From Eledone cirrhosa (lineage: Eukaryota), in NCBI GenBank assembly GCA_964016885.1, contig OZ024740.1, forward strand, positions 27,962,001 through 28,026,000: a stretch of DNA of 64,000 bases, given 5' to 3'. The first letter of the stretch is position 1. The number at the start of each line of letters is the position of its first letter. Both the position numbers and the translations under genes were made by a program. The notes below the pieces were generated by a model, which had not been told where the DNA came from, did no database searches, and saw only the letters and a list, made by a program, of their open reading frames with translations. Positions 25,789-36,500 of the stretch are shown here, one piece after another.

Positions 25789-25817
25789 TATATACCTATG
25801 TATATATATATATATAG

Positions 25818-25892
<75 letters not shown>

Positions 25893-26056
25893 CATATATA
25901 TATATACATATGTATATATATATATATATGTATATATATTCATATATATATATATATGTATATATGTATATATATATATACATATATATACATACATATA
26001 TATATATATATATACAAATGTATATATACATATGTTTTTATATATATGTGTGTGTG

Positions 26057-26095
<39 letters not shown>

Positions 26096-26502
26096 TGAAA
26101 GACATGTATAGTAAGTGAAAGCCAGTGAAAGCCCCAGACTGTTATATGCAGCAGCAGTAGTAGCAGCAGCAGCAGCAGCAGCAGTAACGCCGGCAGCAGC
26201 AGCATAGTTCAATAAAGATCAAAGGTTTAAACCATATAGATGGTATACTTAATTGGTTGTTTGATTGAATAACCCTATAGTTGGTGGTTTCTGCAGCCCC
26301 CCCCCTCTCCCACACCCTCTCCTCCCCATCTCACTCACTTCCTTTCACCTACAAACCGCGACATCCCCCATCTCTCTCCCCCCTCTCTCTCTATATATGT
26401 ATATATTTGTGTATATATATATACAAATATATATATATATATATATATAAATATACATATATATATATATATTTGTGTATATATATATATATATATATAT
26501 AC

Positions 26503-26576
<74 letters not shown>

Positions 26577-26579
26577 ATG

Positions 26580-26621
<42 letters not shown>

Positions 26622-26640
26622 TAGGGAGAGAGAGAGAGAG

Positions 26641-26685
<45 letters not shown>

Positions 26686-26765
26686 TAAATATACACATAT
26701 ATATATATACACATATATCATAAAACATGTCTATAGAATCACAAAATAAAATATATACTATATAC

Positions 26766-26796
<31 letters not shown>

Positions 26797-27026
26797 TACA
26801 TATATATATATATATTTATATATGACATGCACTCTCCCCTCTTTCACCACTCCTCTCTTTGTCTCCCTCCATCTCTCTCACCACCTTTCTCCCTCTCCCT
26901 CCCTCTCTCTACACTTCTCACCATTTCTCCCTTCCTATCACATACAATCCACCACCTCCCCATTTCTCTTTCCCAAACATTCGCTCTCTTTCGCTCTATT
27001 CCGTACAAAACACACTCCTGCCATTC

Positions 27027-27087
<61 letters not shown>

Positions 27088-27279
27088 CTTCCACTCTCTA
27101 TTCTGGCTTCCTGGTATCCACGGTCCTCCCAACTCTGTACCTCTCCTACATCTTCCTCTTCCGTCCTCTCCAAATCCTGTCTCTTTCCCTGTACCTCTCT
27201 TATTCTCCTCTTTTATCTCTTCCTAATATTTCACAGTGTATAGCACCAAAATCACTATCTTTGCTCTCCACGCTTCAAA

Positions 27280-27330
<51 letters not shown>
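24240..27330. repeat. Compound microsatellite field (TA, CA/TG, CT/GA, GATA; CAG tract at 26148-26203)
   Basis: Direct reading; source of the YI/CV/SL-repeat pseudo-ORFs. Confidence 0.9.
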
Positions 27331-27332
<2 letters not shown>

Positions 27333-27531
27333 GTCGAGATAACATTTTGGTCGTTTTAACTGCTGCTATTTCTAGTGGCAGGACATTGACCCTTCCGCCC
27401 TTGCCTTCTATCTTTACACATGGCACTAGACAAGATTGTTTCTTTATCATACACTGTCATCCGGGAACAGTTCTATATGGCGCCAGTTCGTGAGTTGAAC
27501 TCGAGAATGTTATATTCTCCGAGTGAGAAGA

Positions 27532-27615
27532 ACCCTCTGACGAAAGTCTCCTTCTCAATGATTTTCCGCATGGATTATCCATTTATTTTGAGACTTGAAA
27601 CCGCGCGGTAAGGGT
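27532..27615 (+). ncRNA. Canonical type I hammerhead ribozyme motif with palindromic stem III
   Basis: ACCCT-CTGACGA-AAGTCTC-(39 nt)-GAGACTT-GAAA-CCGCGCGG-TA-AGGGT: perfect stem I (5 bp) and stem II (7 bp), ACCGCGCGGT palindrome, GUA triplet. Confidence 0.88.
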
Positions 27616-27687
27616 AAATATAGTATGTACAGTAAACTTTATAAAATTTATTTTAAAACTTTTTCTCTATTTGCTAAACCTGTATTA

Positions 27688-27814
27688 TATGACCCCGACG
27701 GCAGCGCTCTGCCGTCGGGGTCATACTTTTTCCTATTTCCCACTCTACTACCCTAAGTATTGAGTACTCTGGTGTGTTATGGTCCATTTGGTTCCTTACC
27801 ACGATTCCTTTGTT
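27688..27814 (+). mobile_element. PLE-4 3' tail copy with fold-back inside hammerhead stem III
   Basis: tatgaccccgacggcag-cgct-ctgccgtcggggtcata hairpin, then tail to (TA)n. Confidence 0.8.
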
Positions 27815-27834
27815 ATATATATATATAAATATAT

Positions 27835-28520
27835 ATTTAGCGAGAATCGCATTTCGGCGGGTAGAAATTAGCGAAACGCAATGAAGAAGATACCAGAGCT
27901 ATAAACATAAGTTAAAATGGTCATACACGCTGGGACGATGGTTAAAAAGCCATTAACTACCATAGCCAAAAAAGCGAACAAGCTAAACGGGTCAAACAAA
28001 ATGAGATATGATTGAAATATTTATCCGGACCCTCGGGGAAGATGGAATATTCCGAAATTCAGTTTCTGCAACACCTAAATCAATAATACTGTCTGCTTAT
28101 AAAAAATAAGCTTTTGCTATAATGATCGAACAAGGCATCGCTTTCTCAACAGGCTTTTGTTCTTCTTGCGCCAGAATCTCGCAGGTTATGAAAGCACATG
28201 TGAGATTCTAAGAGGAGAAAACCCCTATTTTGGCTAGTGAATTCAGCATGTGTAGTTATTGCAAAAATTTGCAAAAACCGCACAAAAGAATTAAGCACCC
28301 TACCGAGTTGTTTTTAAAATAAACTTAAGCGATTAATCAGTCAATAGAATTAACTAAAAAGCCCCCAAAAATTAACTGGTTAATCGCTTAACTTGGGAGA
28401 TTAATACAAATATAAATTTTGCGAGAATCGCATTTCGGCGGGTAGAAATTAGCGAGACGCAACTTCCATATTGTGCAGACAAGCGCTCCATGGATATGAA
28501 GAAGATATCAGAGCTATAAA
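27835..28520. repeat. Unclassified repeat X, ~580-bp unit followed by a partial second unit
   Basis: gcgagaatcgcatttcggcgggtagaaattagcga at ~27840 and ~28421; also at ~13699. Confidence 0.7.
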
Positions 28521-28536
28521 TATATATACACACACT

Positions 28537-28657
<121 letters not shown>

Positions 28658-28762
28658 TAGAAAAAAATATACAGATATGTATATTAAGGAAAACGCTAAA
28701 GTTTCGTTTGCATGTAGTTACTTGTTTTTTTTTTTGTATGTGTGTGTGTGTATCGACGTTTC

Positions 28763-28848
28763 ACGCGCGTTTCACAGAGGATTGGCTTAAGGTTACCCAT
28801 AGAGATTCTGGACTCGATTCCAATATCAACCTGCTCATCAGACTTGTG
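28763..28848 (-). ncRNA. Hammerhead motif truncated at the cleavage site
   Basis: Minus strand: CACAAGT-CTGATGA-GCAG...CTGT-GAAA-CGCGCG-T, then GAAACGTCGA and CA repeat; the 3' strand of stem I is missing. Confidence 0.6.
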
Positions 28849-29040
28849 ATTTCACGAACATGTAGTGTTTGTTATGTGATCTATAAGATGTTGGGTATAT
28901 ATAAACGTCGACCCTATTTGTTTTCGTGAATGTGGGCATATGTGAGTGTTTGAGTATGTATCTATATATATAGTTGTATTCTCTTTGTTTGTTTGTTTGT
29001 TCACCAAGTACTCCTATGGGTTTAGATAAAGACACCTGTA

Positions 29041-29376
29041 ACCATATATATTCTAAAATTACATTGCCCAGGGTACTTGGATAAGTATATTCCATTTTAA
29101 TCAAAGGGTTCCCGGGAGGCACAAACCCCCGCTGAAAACTTTAGGTAAACTTTAGGAAAACCATAAGTAAATGACAAAATATGATGCCTATTCACAAAAT
29201 TTCATCAAATTTCAATAACATTAAGACACCGTAATGGGGGTTAAACCCCTATAGTGAAAATGTTGGCCAATAAATGTAACAAGATTTCACGAACTCCTCC
29301 TATAGTTTTGAAGATAGCCACCCCCTCCTAACCACATACATTCTGAAACTACATTGCCCAGGGTACTTGGATAAGT

Positions 29377-29379
<3 letters not shown>
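29041..29379. repeat. Unclassified element with ~48-bp imperfect direct repeats (29041-29088, 29331-29379)
   Basis: tacattgcccagggtacttggataagtata occurs twice, 290 bp apart. Confidence 0.7.
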
Positions 29380-29471
<92 letters not shown>

Positions 29472-29472
<1 letters not shown>

Positions 29473-30044
29473 CGGCGATGAATTAATTTTCCGAGGTTTT
29501 TTATATGAAATCGTGTGTCGAAAAAAATATTGTTATACTTGGGCATAAATAAATAGATAAATAAATAAATACATACACAAGCACAATAACAACAAACACA
29601 TATAAACACACACTAGTAAAGATAGAATACATTAACCAATACACAGTCACCCAAATACGAACACACATCAAACAAAACACTACGCACACACGCAAATGCA
29701 TGCGCAGAGAAGACAAAAAAAAACAACAAATAAATAAATATATAAACAGACTAAATAAAGATGGCGTAAGCATACAATGCAACGGGAGGAAACAATAGCA
29801 CCACTGACGATGTTGCAGATGTGCAACGAAAGACCTTTGATAAACTATATATATGTGTTTGTGTCTATATTGTATCTGTATTTTTGACCGTTGGTCAGTC
29901 AATGGCAACAGTGAGGACCGAATAAATTAAATTAACCGATATAAAAGACACAGAAGCAAAAAGCGAAAAGCAACCAAACAGTGAGTGTGTTTTGTTATTA
30001 ATTCTGCCAATATTACACAAATATGACCCTCCCCAAGTATAACA

Positions 30045-30048
<4 letters not shown>
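29472..30048 (+). mobile_element. Short ORF-less PLE-2 family copy (3' tail 29545-30048 plus small inverted end 29480-29543)
   Basis: Aligns with 10430-10950; the inverted part matches 10933-10990; TA on both sides; another scrap at 30333-30360 (-). Confidence 0.88.
29795..29848 (+). ncRNA. Minimal type I hammerhead motif (PLE-2 family short copy)
   Basis: As 10694-10747 but GAAA-GACC-TT. Confidence 0.65.
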
Positions 30049-30074
<26 letters not shown>

Positions 30075-30077
<3 letters not shown>

Positions 30078-30161
30078 GTTATGTAATAAACAACATAAGA
30101 TAATTATTTCATTGCAGTGGTAAATGAAATAATTATCTTATGTTGTTTATTACATAACTAT
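30075..30161. repeat. Perfect 39-bp inverted repeat with 9-bp spacer
   Basis: 30075-30113 is the reverse complement of 30123-30161. Confidence 0.9.
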
Positions 30162-30225
30162 TAATCTCTGTAACCTACATAGAGCACTCTTTTTTCCTGG
30201 ACCTTTCCGACGGAATTACTTCATT

Positions 30226-30340
<115 letters not shown>

Positions 30341-30398
30341 ATACTTTGGGAGGGTCATGTTGCCAATAATTCAGAAACGAAATATATATATATATATA

Positions 30399-30474
<76 letters not shown>

Positions 30475-31228
30475 TGTGTGTGTGTCTGTGTGTGTGTACT
30501 GCAAAACCGTGATGATTTCCTCAGGATGAAACAATTCTAGTCCTGTAGAACCCATTTCTATATTAAATATATATATAACATACAGTAATACTCTTACAAA
30601 AGGTTCTGTAGCTACCCCTCGCAGTACCTCTTTCATTATCCCCTTCTAAAGCCTCCCCATCCCCACCACCTCCATATATTTAACTTTCTATGTATAACAT
30701 AATTCCCAGTTTCTATAACTGTTCTGGTTCCACTTCCTTTCTTCTGCCCCTTAATCTCCTTCGGTGCTACGGAGTTCTATATATAATCCTATATTTCTTG
30801 CTCTTCCGCCCTCATTCCCCTCCATCTCTCCTTCACCGCTCTCTCCCCTTCATTCCTTTATCTCATTTAATTAAAGGGAATTATGTAATTGTTTAGCTGA
30901 AAATTTGGAAACTCTTCTTTCTTTTCTCTCTCTCTCCCCCTCTCTCTTACCCCCCTCATCTCTAGTCCTACTCCCTCACCTCTTACCTGCACCCCAGTCA
31001 CTATAATAGACATCATGTAGTTACTATTTGTGCAAGTCTTCCTAATAGTTCACTCTTTCTCTGTCAACTCCTCTTCTCTCTATTTCCTTTTCTGTGTTTA
31101 TATATATATATATATATGACTGTATGTGTGTATGTATATGTATGTGTCTGAATATATATATATATGTGTGTGTGAGTGTGTGTGTGGGTATACATTGTTG
31201 GGTATAACAATGTTTTAACTTATATATG

Positions 31229-31339
<111 letters not shown>

Positions 31340-31457
31340 GTATATATGTATATATATATATACATAGATTTATTTGTATATTTATATTTATATTCATAAA
31401 TATGTAAAAGAGGGTGCCTGTGAATGTATATATATATGTGTGTGTATATATATATAT

Positions 31458-31635
31458 AGGAAAAGGTATGACTCCGACGGCAGAGCTCAAGCCGTTTCGA
31501 CGGCTATTTCTGGACAGAAACTGCTTGAGCTCTGCCGTCGGGGTCATATATTTTCCTATTTCCCACTCTACTACCCTAAGCATTGAGTACTCTGGTGCGT
31601 TATGGTCCATCTGGTTCCTTACCACAATCCCTTTG

Positions 31636-31637
<2 letters not shown>
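31458..31637. mobile_element. PLE-4 3' tail copy with fold-back inversion at the hammerhead
   Basis: Both arms contain GAAA-stem III-GTC; TA on both sides. Confidence 0.8.
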
Positions 31638-31706
<69 letters not shown>

Positions 31707-32135
31707 CATGAAATCCATATCATCGCTTCGCTACGCATTTCCAATATTTTTAATGCATACATTATTTTTAATACTTATATTATTTCTCCACGCACAGGCT
31801 ATAACAATCATATAAAGAATTCATTACCAGATCAACCCCCTTAACACTCTTGATTACCTGCTTAAGTGCTTCTATTACACGTAACTCTCTGCCACACTAT
31901 ATAAACAAGACGCACGTGCTTGCCACACGTATAACCATTGCACTCTATAACCGTTTAATTTCATCTTGTATTTTAACCTGTATTTTTGATTGTATCTTTT
32001 AATATGAATATAATCTCTAAATGTGTACTGCCACACTAAATGCTGTAATGAATGTTGACCCACAATATTTGCATATGTATCTGTATGTCTCTTGGGTGAA
32101 AAGGAGGTCATAGAAGTGTTCATTCAATAATAAAT

Positions 32136-32182
32136 TGCTCCGAAGAATCCAAACCTCGGTTTGGAGGAAACAGTTGTAAGCA
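32136..32182 (+). ncRNA. Variant minimal hammerhead motif (CCGAAGA core)
   Basis: TGCT-CCGAAGA-A-TCCAAAC-CTCG-GTTTGGA-G-GAAA-CAGTTG-TA-AGCA: stem I 4 bp, stem II 7 bp, near-palindromic stem III, GUA triplet. Confidence 0.65.
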
Positions 32183-32383
32183 TAAAAATGTTTTGAACAG
32201 TTCTTTGATTCTTATAATTCATATAACTGCTCTGTAAATCATCTGATGTTATTACATTGAGCTATTTAACTTACTGGTAATAAGGTAGTAATATATCATT
32301 GCCTACCACTATTTAGGGTTTATAAAAATATATATAACTACAAAAGGTTTTTGTATTTGCATAACCATAAATAGTATACTTAA

Positions 32384-32440
<57 letters not shown>

Positions 32441-32724
32441 TATATATATATATATATACATATGTATATATATATATATGTACATGAGTGTGTGTGACCG
32501 CGTGTGTATATGTATGAACGTATTATATATATATATATGTTTATATATGCAACATTCCAAAGTGCAGCAGATTTGCAACGTTGCACTTTACGTTTAGAAA
32601 GGCCACTGTTTATCCCCTCTCACTTCCTCTAACACCAAATACTTCCATCTTCACTTCTTCACCTGCCTAACATTCCTCTCTCTATAGGACAATGTTCAAA
32701 TGTTAAACTGTGCACCTCATAAAT

Positions 32725-32974
32725 CTCGCTCTACCCCTCTCTTTACCTCTCTCTCTCTACCCCTCTCTCTCTTTACCTCTCTCTCTCTACCCCTCTCTCT
32801 CTTTACCTCTCTCTCTCTCTACCCCTCTCTCTCTTTACCTCTCTCTCTCTACCCCTCTCTCTCTTTACCTCTCTCTCTCTACCCCTCTCTCTCTATTCCT
32901 ACTTTCCTCATTTCCCTCTCTCTCTCTCTCTCTTTCGTCTTTCACACTCCCCCTCACTTTTTGCCCCCCCTCTC

Positions 32975-33068
<94 letters not shown>

Positions 33069-33555
33069 TCAATTTATGTCTCTCATACTCTCCCTCGCTT
33101 TCGTCCCTCACACTATCCCTCTCTTTTTTCTCTCACACTCTCCCTCTCTTTCGTCTTTCACACTCTCTCTCTCTTTCGTCTCTCACACTCTCCCTCTCTT
33201 TCGTCTCTTACACTCTCCCTCTCTTTTGTCTCTCACACTCTCCCTCTCTTTCGTCTCTCACGCTCTCTCTCTCACTTTCTGTCTCTCACACTCTCCCTCT
33301 CTTTCGTCTCTTACACTCTCCCTCTCTTTTGTCTCTCACACTCTCCCTCTCTTTTGTCTCTCACAATCTCCCTCACTTGCTGTCTCTCACACTCTCCCTC
33401 TCTTTCGTCTCTCCCACTCCCTCTCTTTTCTGTCTCTCTGTCTCTCTCCCTCTCTTTCGTCTTTCAAACTCTCCCTCACTTTCTGTCTCTCTCTCTCCCT
33501 CTCTTTCGTCTCTCACTCTCTCCCTCCCTACTGTTTCTCACACTATCCCCCTCTA
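32725..33555. repeat. Polypyrimidine (CT)n tract and ~25-bp minisatellite (ctctccctctctttcgtctctcaca)
   Basis: Direct reading. Confidence 0.9.
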
Positions 33556-36500
33556 TATATAATCCCTATCTCCAACATCTACACACTATCTAACGTTAGG
33601 ATCATTACAGAAGACTAATTATATTTACCAGCCTGATGCTCCAAGCAATTGTGACAGGTAACTCTCTCTGAGTTGTCCTTTAATCTTAAATATTACATCT
33701 GCTCTCTTCTCTCTACAGTGTATGTCGCTTCCCTGGGAACGCCACCTTGAACATCATCAGAGGGATCCTTAACGGGATAGGTTTCACGTCACAGGTTGAG
33801 CCAATCTGTTTTGACCTTAATGTCGGTAGGCAGCCTATTCCTGTTTCAGGGAGCTAAATCAATAATCTGGGGCACGACACGACACACTACGACACTTTCT
33901 TCGCTGTCAAATACATCACCTCGGTCACAAATCTGGTCACCGTCGCTCATAACGTAGAGAGGTGGAAGTTGAACAAATAAAGGGCTTTCACCTACTGCTT
34001 TCTTTTTGTGCCGGTTGACATCGAGCCATCTGGTGTCCCCCGTCCCTGAACTGCCATTTACCCCCACAAAATCAAAAAGGGTGCATCTAGGCTGAAAAGT
34101 GAGCCTCATTGAGGAGAATGGCTGGTGCAGTGGTTGTCGCTGGCTGTTCACCGCATCAATGAGTTCGCTATCATATCACCAGGGTGCAACTAAGGGGGAA
34201 ACATTTTCGGCATTACATTAATTTTATTATATTTTTATTTCCCTCCACCCGTACTATTTTTCATTCTCATTAAATAATAAACTTCCTGTTTATCTTTAAC
34301 ACTTTCATAATTGAGGGGGGCAGTACCAACAGCTATATAATGAGAGAGAGAGGGGCAGTACCCACAGCTATATAATGAGAGAGAGGGGGTCATTACCCAC
34401 AGCTATATAATGAGAGAGGGGGGGCAGTACCAACAGCTATATAATGAGAGAGAGAGAAAGGCAGTACCTACAGCTATATAATGAGAGAGAGGGGGGCTGT
34501 ACACACCGCTATATAATGAGAGGGGGGGGTCAGTACCCACAGCTATATAATGAGAGAGACAGGGGGGAAGTACCCATAGCTATATAATGGTAGAGAGAAG
34601 GGGGCAGTACCCACAGCTATATAATGGGAGATAGAGAGAGCAGTACCCAGAGCTATATAATGAGAGAGACAGGGGGGAAGTACCCACAGCTATATAATGG
34701 GAGAGAGAAGGGGACAGTACCCACAGCTATATAATGGGAGATAGGGGGGGCAGTACCCACAGCTATATAATGAGAGAGAGGGGGGCAGTACCCACAGCTA
34801 TATAATGAGAGAGAGGGGGGTTAGTACCCACGACTATATAATGAGAGAGACAGGGGGCAGTACCAACAGCTATATAATGAGAGAGGGGGGCAGTACCCAC
34901 AGCTATATAATGAGAGAGAGAGGGGGGTAGTACCCACAGCTATATAATGAGAGAGTGGGGCAGTACCCACAGCTATATAAATAAAGAGGGGGGAGGCAGT
35001 ACCCATAGCTATATAATGAAAGAGAGGGGGGCAGTACCCACAGCTATATAATGAGAGAGAGGGGGGCAGTCCCAACAGCTATATAATAAGAGAGAGGGGA
35101 GGCAGTAACCACAGCTATATAATGAGAGAGAGAGGGGGGTAGTACCCACAGCTATATAATGAGAGAGAGAGGGGGGTAGTACCCACAGCTATATAATGAG
35201 AGAGTGGGGCAGTACCCACAGCTATATAAATAAAGAGGGGGGAGGCAGTACCCATAGCTATATAATGAAAGAGAGGGGGGCAGTACCCACAGCTATATAA
35301 TGAGAGAGAGGGGGGCAGTCCCAACAGCTATATAATAAGAGAGAGGGGAGGCAGTAACCACAGCTATATAATGAGAGAGAAAGGGGGCAGTACCCACATC
35401 TATATAATTAGAGAGAGGGGGCAGAACCCACAGCTATATAATGAGAGAGGGGGGAAATATCCACAGCTACATAATTAGAAGAGGGCAGTACCCACCGCTA
35501 TATAATGAGAGAGAGGGGGGCAGTACCCACAGCTATATAATCGGAGACAGTGGGGGCAGTTCCCACAACTATAGAATGAGAGAGAGGGGTGCAGCACCCA
35601 CAGCTATTTAATGAGTGAGATGAAGGGGGCAGTACCAACAGCTATATAATGAGAGTGAGAGGGAGCAGTGCCAACAGCTATATAATGAGAGAGAGGGGTG
35701 CAGTACCCACAGCTATATAATGAGAGAGAGGGGTGCAGTACCCACAGCTATATAATGAGAGAGAGGGGAGCAGTACCCACAGCTATATAATGAGAGAAGG
35801 GGGGCAGTACCCACAGCTATATAATGAGAGAAGGGGGGCAGTACCCACAGCTATATAATGAGAGAAGGGGGGCAGTACCCACAGCTATATAATGAGAGAA
35901 AGAGGGTGTAGTACCCGCAGCTATATAATGAGAGAGAGGGGGGAAGTACCAACAGCTATATAATGAGAGAGAAAGGGGGCAGTACCCACATCTATATAAT
36001 GAGAGAGAGGGGGCAGTACCCAAAGCTATATAATGAGAGAGGGGAGGAAATACCCACAGCTACATAATTAGAGGGTGGGGCAGTACCCACCGCTATATAA
36101 TGAGAGAGAGGGGGGCAGTACCCACAGCTATATAATCGGAGACAGTGGGGGCAGTTCCCACAACTATATAATGAGAGAGAGGGGTGCAGCACCCACAGCT
36201 ATTTAATGAAAGAGATGAGGGCAGTACCCACAATTATATAATGAGAGAGGGGGTGCCATACCCACAGCTATATAATGAGAGAGGGATGCGCAGTACCCAC
36301 AGCTATTTAATGAGAGAGAGAGGGGACCGTACACACAGCTATATAATGAGAGAGAGGGTGGGGCAGTACCCACAGCTATATAATGAGAGAGAGTGGGCAG
36401 TACCCACAGCTATTTAATGAGAGTGAGGGGTCAGTACCCAAAGCTCTATAATGAAAGAGAGGGGGCAGTACCCACAGCTATATAATGAGAGAGAGAGAGG

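Noticed and set aside
26148-26203. Poly-Q/poly-A coding exon
   Set aside because: Short CAG tract bounded by stops and microsatellite; no supporting splice structure.
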